Positions 33,548 through 47,031 are shown, numbered from the whole stretch's first letter. The stretch is DNA of 60,634 bases, filler included, from Diploschistes diacapsis (GCA_023645945.1; 6 parts of 6 records of this genome joined end to end with filler, not necessarily neighbours in it); one strand, 5' to 3'. Made by a program: numbers and translations. The notes: a model not told the origin generated them from the sequence alone.

Positions 33548-36500
33548 CTTATAGAAACAACGCTATTCTTCACGACGGTGTCACATGAGGTTCAAGCGAT
33601 GCGAGACGAGGCCGGTGGTGGAGAAAGCGATACGGCTTGCGGTCGAGGATTGCCTGCGTCGAAAAGGGCCCCAATGCGTCTGTGAATTGAAGAATGTCAG
33701 TCAATGTTCTTGAGCATGGGAGCAGGTATAGAGAGACCAAGTAAGACAAGATGAAGTTGACAAACAAAGGTAAGATGAGATTTCTTCGAAGTGACCGTTC
33801 TATTCAATAGGCACATAGACAGTAGGTCTTAGGAGCATGGCCTTGGAGATCCGGTCGAATTTGCTAAACAGCTTCGATCGCGTACCTTTTTAGGTTTGAT
33901 GCCAGATACTTTGACAGATGCGAAAGGTGCTGACCAGCAGGTTGAGGTCGATCTCATGAGATGCCTACCCTGCAGGAGCAGACAAGTCAGCACTCTGAGT
34001 ATTGTAGAGCATTTGTGTATCTAAGAGATCAATTTAATGGCAGTCAAGTTACCTTAGCAAACGATGGAAGCGCCGACGTACCTGAGGACTTGTTTCGAGA
34101 AGATTTGCTTGAGGATAGGAGGTTGGTTGAGGAGGATGAAGGAGAAGAGGTCTGCATGCATAGGCGAAATCTAGTCCCACTTCCCAGTGGAAGCAACACG
34201 AAGCGGTGTCGGCTGCTGGTGCACCACATGCACTGCTGGAACTTGTTTTTTTGGGGGGAAATACGCAGATGTGTCATTATTGGCCTACAACTTAGGCAGA
34301 TTCAAGAGAAGTCGTTTGTACAAGTATCTAGAGAAGATGCGCTGAAGCCTACAAGTACGCCATTCAGAGCACTCCTGAAGAGCACAAAGTCGCAGGCGAG
34401 TGCGACTTGTCCTACGAGCAACCTGATGTAGCACTAGTATACTGATTTCTATACCAGTACGCAACGCCCAGCACAGCGCAAGAATATGTTATCTAGCGCT
34501 AGACAAGCTGAGAGTAAAGGTTGTTCGTTGAAGGAAGAGGTGCTTGGATTGTCTATCATACCAAGGCAGGGAAGGGTTCCCTTCCCCTCTTCTTGGATGC
34601 CGAGCGACTTTAAAGAAAAAACAAGAACTTAGTATTGTTAGACAGTTTCGAGTTCTCACCTGCCACCCTGCAACTGATCGGTTGCTGTGCTTGTCAAAGA
34701 CCCCAGATACAAGTATCCTGTAACTTCAAACCTCTGGAAGCGTGTGAGTCCCGTTAGCACCAGCGACGAAGCAAGGGAGGCGGTGCACTTTGAGGTCGCA
34801 AAGACTTCCGACGAAAAGGCCATGACTTGAGCAGGCGCATGCCATGCCGACCAATGGATTTGCATGAGGTAGAAATCCAGGAGTCTCCGCGACGCCCTCT
34901 ACTTTTAGACAAGCGGAGGGACAAATCTTTTCAGGCTAGGCTTGGTGGAAGGCGCGAGGAGCGAGCGTCAGTAGTGATGTTGCGATTCCTTTATTCAGCT
35001 TTTCTTAAATGGTAAGAGCGCTTGGTTACGGTATAGTAGTAGTACTGTATAGTAAAGTAGGTTTTCTGGTCAGTCCACTCCGAGGGAAGGGGATTGGGTT
35101 TCATTGTTGTTGGCGCAAACGTGGGCTAATCAGAGGCGACATACGGGGAATAGTTGTAGGTGAGTGAGTGAGACCAAGACGGAGAAACGGAGCGAATTCA
35201 TTTTGTTTCTCTAGACGAGGTATATGTCAGACATCGAGGCCAGGAAAGTGTTCCGAATACTCCGTTCTTGTAGCGTAGAGCCAGACTTATCGTTTATCGG
35301 ACTAAGAGCCCCCTTCTGCTGCATATTGTTTGGTACGGAAGCTCTAACATTGCCTTTTGTTGCAAAAGTTAAATAAAGGGCGACAAAATATCGGCGCAGC
35401 GTTGTGGGCCAATGCCTCGTCATATCATACGACTGGCTATGTATCCATAATCTTGAGATATGACCATGATCTATACGACCCCACCATCTTCCTATGGCTT
35501 TCACCTCCATGTTTTTGAACCGTATTGTTGCGATCAGGTTTGGCGGCAACGAGTTTGGCGATTGTACGGTTGTGGTGCAAAGAATACTGAATCTCAAACT
35601 GGCGCCATCATTGGAGGGGTCATTGGAAGGGGCGGCGGCTACATCTATTCCCAGTCAGGTATACAACTGCTTGGAAGAGATCTTGTCTAAGCAGGTATCG
35701 ATATATCATGAATGGATAGCGTAATTCCAAAACACTGGGCACATTCCTCTACCTAACCATTATAGTGAAACAGAATGGTATCTGTGGTGATGTAGCCACA
35801 GAACAAGTGTTGCTATTGTGAAGGACTAAACAACCAATACCACAGTCACGATGGGGAAGTATCAAGGCCACTTGTAAAGCTGTATATCTGATGATCTGCC
35901 CTGGTATACGTGAAGGTCTCCTGAGCCGCTTCTGTGCGCGCATCTCGCACTGCGGGCGCATAAGAAACGAATGTTGCTCGCAGCATATTCAGCGAGTAAG
36001 GAAGCGTACAAGGCCCCGTGTATTTCGCTGAAGTTTACGGTGCCTGCCGGTTAAAATCCCCGATATATTAAACGGCATCATGTCTTGAAAACCAGGCTTT
36101 TTGAGAGCTGAAGCAGCAGTCGAAACGGTCAGGTGATCTCGTGGAAGGGAAGCGCGGCCAGAAGTCTACCGCGCGTAAATTGAAGGCTCTTTTACATCCT
36201 GCATTGCAGCACGGAGATCGGAGCTGGGGGCAGCCAAAAAAGAGCCAGACGCCTTTACTGATCTGTCTGTATTGTCAAGAACGGAAGCTCTGTAGAGAAT
36301 CTGATCAGAGGTCGAAGTGTAGCAGAATCTTGAAAAGCTCCCTCCGTCAAGAACACGCGCCTGTAAATCGATTGTTGACTTCCGGAGTTAAGAGCGAGCA
36401 GTTCTCCGTGCCAAGAATGCCAAGCTCTCTTGTTTACTTTCTCGCCTTATTTGGTTGCTTGCTCGCTAACGGGCATCGTCCATAACAGTTCATGTTGCTC

Positions 36501-36774
36501 GAACTTGAATCTTGTTATGACAGTCGACCAGTCGATTCTTTGAAGGCGCAACTTAATGAAAGCAGCACTTAATCTGTCTGCTATTCTTCGCTTTCCTTTT
36601 GCTTGTCCTTCCAGGCCTCTCTTGCTCAAAGTAAGTTTACTACTGCGCGTTGAACTTTCGCGCATCTGGGTAGGGGTTTGACGTCTTTCAGGTCAGAAGC
36701 TTAAGCATCAACGTCTCCAACATTCCTCCTGTCTCTTGACTTGCTGCAAGATAGCAAACATCTCTATCTCCATC

Positions 36775-39058
36775 ATGGATGCAAAAGTAAGTAACAGAAC
36801 TTCTCCGACCTCACTTTCGGATTCATCACCAGCTAGCCCCTTTTCATACTCATCTTTGTCACTCTTGTTCCTCGCGACAGATTCCATGCGGCTTTGCTGA
36901 TACTCCACTACTAGCCCATTCGAGGTTTTCGCGTCCATGGCGACGAGAACGCCATTCCTACACTTCCCAACCCGAAAACAATACACTCTCGCCACAAGTC
37001 GAGTCCTGCTCTCAGTACAATGGCTGCCGCAGGTGCCAAACCTGCCATCAAGCGCACGGCATTTGGTGATGTGAGCAATACCTTCCGAGCCAACCAAGCA
37101 ACTCGCGACACATCAGTGCCGACGAGCAAGCAACAACCAATCCAATTGCAGTTAGAGAAAAAGTCCGTTACAACACTACAGCAACCAGCGCAGCGGCCGA
37201 CATCCCTGGCTACAGGTCTTAAAGAGCTCATTACACACAGCGTTGTATCGACAAAGCCAACGGCAGAAGCCTTCCCAAAAGTACCTTCAACATCAGCCGC
37301 TCATAGGGCACTGTCCAGAAAGAATACAACCGTGTTCAAGGATTACACGACCTCGTCGAAACCAGCGGATGACCAGTTGAACATTCGGGAAACCACCAAG
37401 GCCGACACGGCTCTAGCCCCTTGGAGTAGAAACATTGTCTTGAACGCAAGCAATACCTCAATTGCACCGAAAGCCAGTGAACCCGAAAGGGATCTCAAAA
37501 CCAAGAGTATACCGTCTGTCAAGGCGGCAAGGGTCGAGCCCATCACGCAAGGCCCGGCTGCCACTCAGAATACAGGAGTGCGCTCAAGTGCAGGCTTCGT
37601 CCAGAGTTCCGTTGCCGACATCCAAGCTCAGCTAGCGACTGGCTCTGACAGAGCTCTGAAGCAGCACGTCCCCTCACTGCGCAAAACCCCGCTACCGACT
37701 ACGCTATCAGTCGAGCAGCCTGGCAAAGCTTCAGCGAAAAAGACCAATGGAGCCGTCGAAATAGTGGCAGTAAAGAACGTGCCTCTGCCAGTTGCCGAGC
37801 CCGAGGAACATTGGGACGTTGACTATGAAGAGGAGGAAGATAACTACGAGGATGAGGCTTACGTGACGGCAAGATCTTTCAGGTCGAGAGGAGACAATCT
37901 TACGGGCAATGTGACAACGACAATCGTCCTCAAAACCAACATCAAGGTGAGAAAGGAGCTCGAGGCTGCTGCAGCCGTTGTGCAACTTTCACGGCCCATT
38001 ACCGAGCTGGAGGATGAGGCCTGGGACGTGACCATGGTCTCAGAGTACAAAGAGGAAATCTTTGACTACTTTAAAGAGCTCGAGGTACGCTCAGATCATA
38101 CCAAATCGCAGCAGGATACTAACTTAATGCAGGTCAAGTTTGCTCCCAAACCTCACTACATGGACTTCCAAACAGAAATCCAATGGTCTATGCGTGCGGT
38201 CCTGATGGATTGGGTCGTCCAAGTTCACCACCGCTTCCAGCTACTACCCGAGACCCTCTTCCTCTGCGCTAACTTGATTGACCGTTTCCTTTCGTGTAAG
38301 GTTGTCTCACTTGGAAAACTGCAGCTTGTGGGAGCAACCGCGATCTTTATCGCGTCAAAGTATGAAGAGATCAACTGTCCGTCAGTTGGCGAGATTGTTT
38401 ACATGGTCGACAATGGGTACAGCGTCGAGGAAGTCTTGAAAGCCGAAAGATTCATGTTGACCATGCTTCAATTCGACCTCGGATGGCCCGGACCAATGAG
38501 TTTTCTTAGGCGCATTAGTACGGCGGACGATTATGATCTGGAGACGCGTACGTTGGCGAAATATTTCCTGGAGATTACCATCATGGATGAAAGGTTTCTT
38601 GGTTGCCCACCTAGCTTCACAGCTGCGGGCGCACATTGCCTGGCAAGAAGCATGTTGAAGAAGGGTCATTGGGTATGCGACTCTGACACAAAGATCTTTG
38701 CAATCACTAATTCTTTCCACAGTCCACCGCCCATGTCTACTACTCGGGTTACACCTACTGCCAGGTACTACCAATCCTCGATCTCATGCTGGATTGCCTG
38801 GCGGATCCCATGAAGCACCATGGCGCCGTCTACGAGAAATACATGGACAAGCGCTTCAAGTGTGCTTCTCAATTTGTGAAGAACGAAATGCACAGAGGTT
38901 ACTACCTTCCAAGTGTGGCGAGCAACGAGAGGCAGACATATCAGACCATGTGCCTGGATCCCTCAAGCTTACAACAATACACCAGCCGCGGTCTGCTCGA
39001 GGCCACCTATGGAGGTCTGGTAGAACAGCCTTGTGTCGGGCTACCAGAGCTCTGGTGA
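36775..39058 (+). CDS. B-type (G2/M, Clb3/4-like) cyclin; exons 36775-36786, 36915-38084, 38133-38672, 38723-39058
   Basis: Destruction box RTAFGDVSN. Cyclin box WSMRAVLMDW, LLPETLFL, KLQLVGATAIFIASKYEE, PGPMSFLRRIS and AVYEKY. Confidence 0.92.
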
Positions 39059-40410
39059 ATTGGCTTCACGGTTCGAGAGACTCGTCGTCAACACTTTGAA
39101 GCTTATGCTCTCGCTCCGGCATCAAGGGGCATTACCAGCCGCTTTTTTTCGCTTGCTTGCCCGCCCATGTTGGAAATCTTCTTGTCATCTGTTCCTTTGC
39201 CACCACTCCGTACCCAAAGCATAGACGTGCATGGCCGCACTCTCCCCCTTTACCAGGCTCACTTGTGCGATGCCCTTACTGCCACTGCGGCCAGCGACCC
39301 AGATCACTGGGAGCCCTTTACTTCACTTCACCTCACCTCACTTACGATACATACGACGCTACGTGTTTATGAACATAGATACTCCAACACGTTCCTCTAC
39401 TACTATTACTGGCCATCAAATCGGAATCAGCATTAGCACCGGGAGGGTGTCCTTGATTTCCAGTTTTCATTCCATCATAATTGCGCATCTGGAAGCTGAA
39501 GCGGGTTGCTGAAGGGGGCCGATAGCGATAGCGGACGGCTTTTTCATCTCCGAGGCCTACCCAGCCTTAGATTGCGCGAATGGGGGGGTTCGAAAAAAAG
39601 GAGATTGGAGCAGATTGGCATTGGCGCATGAAGGATTGCAGGGCTGGCAAGCTGACCGGCTGTCCCGGCCCCAGAGCATCGGAGGCAAGCGATGCAGATA
39701 ATTATAATCTACCCCAGTAGCAACTTTTCCCACCCGAATTCTATGCGCGACTGGATGTACAGTAAAATTATGTTTCGGCTTTGATGTAGAGCCCCCCTAT
39801 GCGACCCACATCGCCGTACCTGTCTGGGCAATGGGTGCGAGAGAGAATTCGGAATCTGGAATCTGGAACGTTAGATCTTGGCGGTTAAAAGCTCGCCTAG
39901 TCGATCCGTTATTAAACAAAGAACCCCCGACCCGACCGACCGACCGACCGACCGCCTGTCGTCGTAGGAACGGGCTTTGAAAATAGGGGACTTGGCGGTT
40001 CAGCATCGGGATGCCGAGCCCCGAAAAATTGCGCCTTTCGGACCCGAGCGAGGTCTCGGCGCAGGCACCGGGTAGTCCGGGGGAACCTGAAGTGTGTGCG
40101 AGGTGAGGCTGGCCTATACCGATCTAGGCGGGAAAGTTTCGTTTCGGGCCGAGGGGAGATTTCATCGCATAACTTGCTCATGAACTGACGCACTCATTGC
40201 AGCGGGCTGGCTGGGACTGGGGGACGTTCTGGTGGTTGTTGTCAGAGCGGGGAAGAACGAGAAGCGCAGAGGCCCGTGGGGCAGACAGCGTACGACGGCG
40301 GCGTACGACGGCGCGCACGGCTGGGGAAGGGAATTGGGGGTTCTGCTGTATCTCGTTGTGCTGTTGGGGCATCTGTGTACTGACTGATTATGGTGGAGGT
40401 GGGGTGGAAG

Positions 40411-40510
40411 NNNNNNNNNNNNNNNNNNNNNNNNNNNNNNNNNNNNNNNNNNNNTTAATTAATTAANNNNNNNNNNNNNNNNNNNNNNNNNNNNNNNNNN
40501 NNNNNNNNNN
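40411..40510. other. Assembly gap with TTAATTAATTAA linker
   Basis: Same 100-bp N/linker structure as the other gaps. Confidence 0.97.
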
Positions 40511-41318
40511 TATTAAGAGAGGCGAGGGCGGATGACAGGTCGGTGGGGCTGGTGAAGGGGGCATGTTGGGGTGGAATGTAGGATGGTAGGGGTGGGAGGT
40601 TGCCAGATACGGAGAGGAAGTTACGCGGGGCATCGCGGAGGGGTTCGACGGTTTTGCGGTAGGCGGTGAAAAGATCGGGGATGTCGGCCGGACGTTGGAA
40701 AGGGACGTCGCGGCTGGAAAAAGATCTTAGCTTTCGTTTTGTGAGGCTGATTTGGGGAATGAACGTGTGGAGGAAGGAGGATAGATTGGCTTACTCGTCA
40801 ATGAAATACTTCTCATCTTGCCACAGATTGAATTCTATCCCGTGTTGCTCTGTCATCTTCTGGACGTCGCGCTCCTCTCGGCGCTCTTCGACGCCCTCCT
40901 CGCTTGTCATCCAGACACCGACTACTTCTCCCTTTTCCTTGTTCTCCTTGTACGCTTCAAGGACACTCTCGACTACATCTCCAAGCATGCCGACTCTGAC
41001 CTCGAGACCGTTGCCTGCGCCCTGCAGTGTCTTCTTCAAATCAAAGACGCTCTCCGTTAAGAACTTCGCCCGATGCTCGCCACATCGCCAGAACCCCCCC
41101 ACTTGTGATCTTGCTTCCGGGTATGGTGACTTCTCCTCGGATGAGGATAGGAAGCCGGAGACCTCAATCTGCTGTGCTGCGAAGACATAGATGGGTAGTA
41201 GGTGGGTATAGGGGTGGTGGGACTGCTGATGAGACTTGATAATGGCGTAGAAGAGGGGGTTATCGGCAAAGCGCAAGTCACGGCGGAGGAGGTAGACAAG
41301 AATTCTTGGCTGAGACAT
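40511..41318 (-). CDS. Cryptochrome DASH / photolyase family protein, N-terminal part (3' end lost in the gap); intron ~40714-40794
   Basis: ILVYLLRRDLRFADNPLF, THLLPIYVF, EARSQVGGFWRCGEHRAKFLTESVFDLK, then DIPDLFTAYRKTVEPLR in exon 2. Confidence 0.85.
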
Positions 41319-42081
41319 CACGCGAGTTACAAATCATCAACCACAGAATTTCGAATAAGCAAGATGTATTGAGTCGACAAGGCGAACAGGTGCTTCAAGG
41401 AGGGTAATAGCAGTAAAAGTAGGAAAGCACGAAGCACTCCGCCATCATATCGCTCCTGGAAAGGGGGCGTTTCTAAGAAAAGCTCGCCTTCTCCCTGACG
41501 TATGTCAGCCCCTCGAAAGGTGTGCATCCAGAACCCAAAGAGATTTATCCTGGATGGCTTCTATAGGGGATGGCGGTACAGTAGACCAGCCCAAACTCTG
41601 CTAAGCATGTTGCCATATGCATCTGGAAATGCAGGGGAGGATCTGCGAGATTGAGATTACATGTAGATCAGATCAGATCTCGCTGTGGACCTGAGAGTGA
41701 TGATGATGATGATGACGATGCAGGAGGAACAAATCGCCAAGCCCAAGACACTGCGAAGAACTATAAGTCACGTGCTACCAGCAACAACTCCTCTTACGTA
41801 AACAAGGCTGATCGCTGCTTTTTCTTAGCGCGCAATCATCTCGATGCTTCAAGTTGTCTCTAAGATACAGCTGTGAGAGTTGCAGAGAAGCTTACCGCAG
41901 CCGAAAGGACTTGACACTTATAACACAGTTCTTCAGGGAGTTCACTCGATGAACGCAGTTGGGAAACCCTGGAGAACGGTGGAATGTGGCCAGGTACGTC
42001 AGGAACTACAGCAAGATGAAGTCTAGATATGTATGTGTACATTAAACCTCGTTATTCAGTCTCATTCCTCTATTTCATCTT

Positions 42082-42932
42082 TCAGTTATCGCTGCTTATC
42101 CTTTCATTCGCCCGAAAATATCCAAAAAATGACCCATCAACACTCGGTCTTTCGCCGTTCGAGTACACAATAGTCAGCCCTTCCAGAGCCCGCATGCTAC
42201 CTAACGATGAATTTCTGAACTTGGAGGGATTCTGTCTTACAGAGTCGCTGGCTGAATTCTTCATCGTGACCCTCAGCATTTGCGAATGGTCGTCTATCTC
42301 GCAATCGAACGTATAAGTACCCCCAAAGACATGGAATTTCCGGCCAGAATCATCGTCGGCTTTTAGGGTATCGTGGATGTCGTTGCGCGCTTTTTGCCTC
42401 CCAGCTTCATCGATCGTCCACTGGTAGAATGCATGTACGGCTTGCTGCACACCAAGTTTATAGGAAATACGACAACGAATAGCTCGTCAACAGCGTAGTC
42501 GTACCAGTTGAGCTTGCCAGATAGACCTTAATAAGTGGCTTGTCCAAGGGATTGACTCGCACGACGTCTTGGCTTACGACCCGTTCAAGCACCATGGTGG
42601 TGCTCAAGGCATCTCCAGCCGAGGGATCCCCATCAGTGTGCGCATTGTCACGGCCAGCTCCTTGTAACGATTCCTGGATACGATATCGAAAGAGTAATAC
42701 TCTTTACTTCACCACGAGAACCGGTCCTCGCCGTTCTCTGACTTATGCGCCCAAGGCCCGATGAGAGAGCGCCGGTAGTCGTTGGCTTTTGTTCTGCCGG
42801 TTGAATCTTGGGTCCATTGGAGATAGAGATGGATTGGGTCACTATGCGCGCGACACCGAATGAGATGATGATGATAAAGGGCTCGTCCTTGCCATAGTCA
42901 AACCAATTCACCTTGCCCTGGAAGACCGACAT
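42082..42932 (-). pseudogene. Frameshifted gene with two tandem GKxNWxDYxxDExF...QWTxD modules
   Basis: Module 1: MSVFQGKVNWFDYGKDEPFIII...LQWTQDSTG. Module 2: GKLNWYDYAVDELFVVVFP...FYQWTIDEAG. The pieces lie in different frames. Confidence 0.55.
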
Positions 42933-43023
42933 TGTGGGCAACGGTGAGGAGAGAAAGATGAAGCACTTGGTTTGCTCAAGCGATGCGAAGCAGGGGCATA
43001 CTTATACTCTTTTCGCAGCACCC

Positions 43024-43310
43024 CCTCAACTGACGACGCGAGCCAGGCTTTGAACCTTCGGCTACTATAGGTTTAGCACATCTAGCGCTGCACCTGTTTC
43101 ACAAGGGCGTGCTCAACAGGCGAAGCCGTTGGTCCCTTCCGTCTGTAATGGAGGACCTGGATATCCTCAACTGGCGATGCGAGCTAGGTCTTGCTTGAAA
43201 TTTGAGCTACTGTAGGTCTGGAACATCTAGCGCTGAACCCAATTCACAAAAGCATGCTGAATAGGCGAAATCATTGAGCCATTCCGTTGACAAAGTCCCC
43301 ATCTTAATAC
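43024..43310. repeat. Diverged tandem duplication, unit about 143 bp
   Basis: CCTCAACTGACGACGCGAGCCAGG...CATCTAGCGCTGCACC...CAGGCGAAGCCGTTG is repeated as CCTCAACTGGCGATGCGAGCTAGG...CATCTAGCGCTGAACC...TAGGCGAAATCATTG. Confidence 0.75.
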
Positions 43311-44017
43311 ATCATAGCGTTCCATATCTTTTCTTGCCTTGTGCTCACCCAAAAAGAGTTTTGGACACTATGGTCTATAGGGGTGGAACTTTGTGTATAC
43401 ATGGCGTGGACAGCCATGATAGCTATGTTTCAGACGCTCGAATTCTACGTTTTATTAAGCATTCAACTATGAACCCCTCAGACCTTCAATGGTGCAAGCG
43501 AGCGGATAGTGCTGTGGAGTATTTGAATTAGCGGCGGAAATGTATCCAGTGGAATTAAACTAGCCACATTACCTTCTGTTCTGCTCTTAGGCAAGCTTCA
43601 AGCAACTAAGAAGGGCTACATCGCTGGTTTCTCGAATGGTAACTGTATCTGCATGATGCCTCGTACCATCCTCGCAGGACGGAATGTAGATTTCAATAAA
43701 ACGGCGCGCGAGGAAATCGACCGTGTTAAGAACAATGAACTGCAGACGCTCTTGACGAGATGCAAGGAAGTGGCATAAATGCTTTCAAGCTATCAAGAGA
43801 ATGACATGCATAGCACTGCACTCATAATCGTGTGTAACATAAAGACATAATGGAAAATGAAAAGATACGAATCTTATTAGTGTTGAGAGAAGTCGAATTA
43901 AACAATGCTTCTGCAGCCGGACAGGGGAAATTATTCAAACATCCATGACCTTCAAGATGTAACCTGTATTCGTATCTCATTGCATCCCCACCCTTCCAGC
44001 GGCGAGAGGATCCATCT

Positions 44018-44762
44018 TCAAGCAACATCGATCAGTGAGGGCCCAGACAGCTTCTCGATAATCGCGGCGTGCGAGACATCTCCGGGATGCTCCATATGCA
44101 GTAACGTAGCCATTTCGAGATCCGTTGGCACGTGAGCCGCTCGCTTCTTGAGCCCAACGTCTTCGCCATCGTCCGCGCTTTCACCTAGCTCTCCACTAAC
44201 ATAGTACTTAGAAGCTGCCAATTTTAGAATTCGAGCACTTACAGTAGGTTCGTGATGTCCGGCTCGTTACCTCCATCACTGTCGGCATCATACTGCTCGC
44301 ATGCCGTCCCCTCCACATTTCCCGTCGCGGCCTTGATCACTTGCGTCATCTTTGGCTCGTCAATAAAACACGGCAACTCGCTGTCACTTGCTTGCAGCTC
44401 ACCTGCCACGCGGTGCAGAAGTCCGACGTTCCGAACCACAACGCCGTGGTCGAGGATTGGGCGCCGACGGCTGCCCAACCAGGATTCAAAACACTATTGC
44501 ACGCAGAGTTGCTGCCGGCAGCGCTGAAGAACTCGCTCTGGGCGGTGTTCGGGTCGGCTCCGTTCCACTGCGGCAGCAGAACTGCCCAGGCTACATCGAA
44601 AGGAATCCCAGCGATGTAGTCGCCAGACACCCAGTAGCAAGCTTGCGTATCCTAGCTGGGGTCAGAGGTATCGCGTTTCCGGACGGCAGAAGCGACGATA
44701 GGTTGCGCAGCAACACACGTAGCTAGGGCGAAGAAGGTGACAGTGAGGGTGGCGGTACGCAT
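44018..44762 (-). pseudogene. Secreted Cys-containing protein with an in-frame TAG and a later frameshift
   Basis: MRTATLTVTFFALATCVAAQPIVASAVRKR-DTSDPS*DTQACYWVSGDYIAG... The signal peptide and KR site are in frame with ORF 44346-44630. Donor GTAAG at ~44241. Confidence 0.55.
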
Positions 44763-46096
44763 CTTGGGACGTGGTAGATAGCGAACGAATTAAAAGCAGT
44801 GACTGACCAGCAAGACACGAATGCACCCGATATTCAAGAAATGAAGGCTGGAACGTGGGAAAGTAGATAAGTCGCACTGATTGGGAAAAGGATGAAGAGA
44901 TTGAGAGAGCATGTCGAGGTATTAAGAAAGGTGGCGTCGGGGTCTTGATAATAAATTCACAAAATAAGCTATAAAATCCTGCAGTCTATCTCGAGCTCGT
45001 CTCAGTATAAGTCCCAAAACGTTAGAGTAGCATGCCAATCATCTGTAGGGGCCGGCTGTGGCAGCTTTCGCTTCAAAAAGAGGCTTTTCTTCCATAACGC
45101 AAGACTATTCTTATCCTTCATGCTTTCCATGTGCGGTCAAAGTGCCTCAAGGTCCGTGAACAAGAACAGTCTATAACCCTGAGTTTCCCCATGAAGGTCG
45201 CTGGTCCAATCGATTTCTTGAACTTGTATCCATCCTCAAGTTCTGAGAGAACTGAAAGGGGCTGCACACTCCAAGCGCGAATATCATCAAAGCCTTGTGT
45301 GCATGAAAACATGAGTTTGGAGTCAAGGCTCTTCAGTGAATGTTGTAATTCAAACCATCGTTCCAGTAACCGCGATATCCTCCCCGAATAGAGCCTTGCG
45401 CTTTGCACGAAGTTCTGCGATTAGAGTCAACAGTTCCTTGTGGCTCCTGTCCCTTAAGATGGCACCATCACGTTCCCTTGTCCTGGTTAACCATCAGAAA
45501 TCATAGCGACGTAGCACTCTTCGCCTCATTAATAAGACATTGTTCCTTTGTCTGGGCATAGACTTGTAAGTATGTGAGAAGTCGAAAGTCGAAGATTAAC
45601 CAATGAGCATATATGCCAAGTTCTTGGCTTTAGAAGGTTTCGGCGGCAAAATTCTCGGAAGTTTTTATCATCCCATTGAAACCACTGCTGATTGCGAGTA
45701 AGGTCCAGAATAGAATTCTTTCTGGGTTAAGTTATGATACCTAGAGGACCTGAAGACTCAGACTATGACCTTGGCGGCGGCGAAGCCTGGCGCATCAGCT
45801 ATAGGGTCTGGATCCTGAGGCAACTGCTAAGCTTTCATAGCCACTGCTATTTGTTTGGCTACTGATGTCTGATAAATCCACAAGAGTAAAGAAGAAACCT
45901 ACCGAGGTAAGCGATCTGACTTTCAGAAACAGGTATTTATTTGTCGTCCAAACTGCCTGGTACCTTCAACGCCAGTGCCTCAGCACCCTGTTAACGTCCG
46001 CTAACTGGTCAGAGGGTGTGACCGACATTCCCGACTACCGTCAACACGTATCCCCTCTCCAAAACTCAAACCCAACCTTTACGGCGTACCCGATCT

Positions 46097-47031
46097 TTAT
46101 ATTCTGAGATTTGTTGGAAGGTGTAACGTCCACGCTGCTATCTCTGAGAAATACTCTCCACGGGACCAATCGTCATCAACATCATTGATCTCAACCACTC
46201 TCGCAGTCTTTCCAACTAGGCCCAGCGCCTCACCGTATTCCACCGCCTTTGCCATTGCGTCTCGCAGCGCCGCTTTCCTGCTCTCCTTGTCCAGTTGCGC
46301 CCACGTCTCGTCTGTGAGATGCCAGCGTATGTGGTCAACGGAAATAGGCGGCAGGGCCCCTCTTATGTCCGCTACGATCTGATCCAGCATGGTCAAGCCG
46401 CGGACATGGATATCAAAGCGGGCGGTGGACGTGTATTCGTCGAAATTCTCCTCCATGGGTTCGAACGATCTTGATGATCAGCAGCAGAGGTAGGAGTTTG
46501 AGTAGAAGGAGCTCATGCTGTATTGCACGAGGGTCTCCTGCTCGCTCCGGTGGGAGGAAAGAGTCCTCATTGGCAGTGCTGTGGCGGACAAGTCTGTTAG
46601 AGTCTTCTTATTCGGGGCTACTGGTGCCTTGGTTTGTAACGTTGCAGATTTCATATCGGAAGCAGGCTCTGTGTCCGTCGAGGTAATATTCTTTGAAGCT
46701 ACTAGCCCGGAAGCTAATATCGAGTTGGCTTTAAAAGCGGTTACTTCGCCAGCTGGGCAATCCTTTTCCATGGTTGCTGGCTTAGAAATCAATGTCCAGT
46801 CTGTGCCGGAAGCAGCGGGTAGGTCTCCTAAGGTGTTCCTCTCCGCTCCTGTTGTTTCTGGCTCTTGGATTAGGGGCCGGAGAAGTGCTTCTGGGCTGGT
46901 GCATGCGCTCTCAACTTCTTCAGGGACGGCAGACTGGCTCGACCCCGTGCTTTGTGCATCGAGATAGACGACCGCACGCTCAGGCGGACGGGTTAGGTCG
47001 ATCTGCCGGCAGTGTTGATCTTAGCTGGCAT
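46097..47031 (-). pseudogene. SIMPL (DUF541) domain gene, frameshifted
   Basis: N-terminal MPAKINTAG/IDLTRPPERAVVYLDAQSTGSSQ and C-terminal ISVDHIRWHLTDETWAQLDKESRKAALRDAMAKAVEYGEALG lie in different frames. Confidence 0.65.

Noticed and set aside
33961..34431. 156-aa ATG ORF upstream of the C-terminal Zn2Cys6 gene
   Set aside because: No recognisable motif; likely antisense to that gene's 5' UTR or promoter.
35460..35724. GAIIGGVIG membrane-anchor-like peptide suggesting a gene
   Set aside because: The motif is isolated, with no coherent ORF, start or splice structure.
39955..40210. Possible structured ncRNA on the minus strand (CGCTGCAATG start, GGTCCGAAAGGCGCA loop, AATTTTT) resembling SRP RNA or an snRNA
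   Set aside because: The helix-8-like motif is a base short of consensus and I could not build the remaining helices. An Infernal/Rfam scan would be needed.
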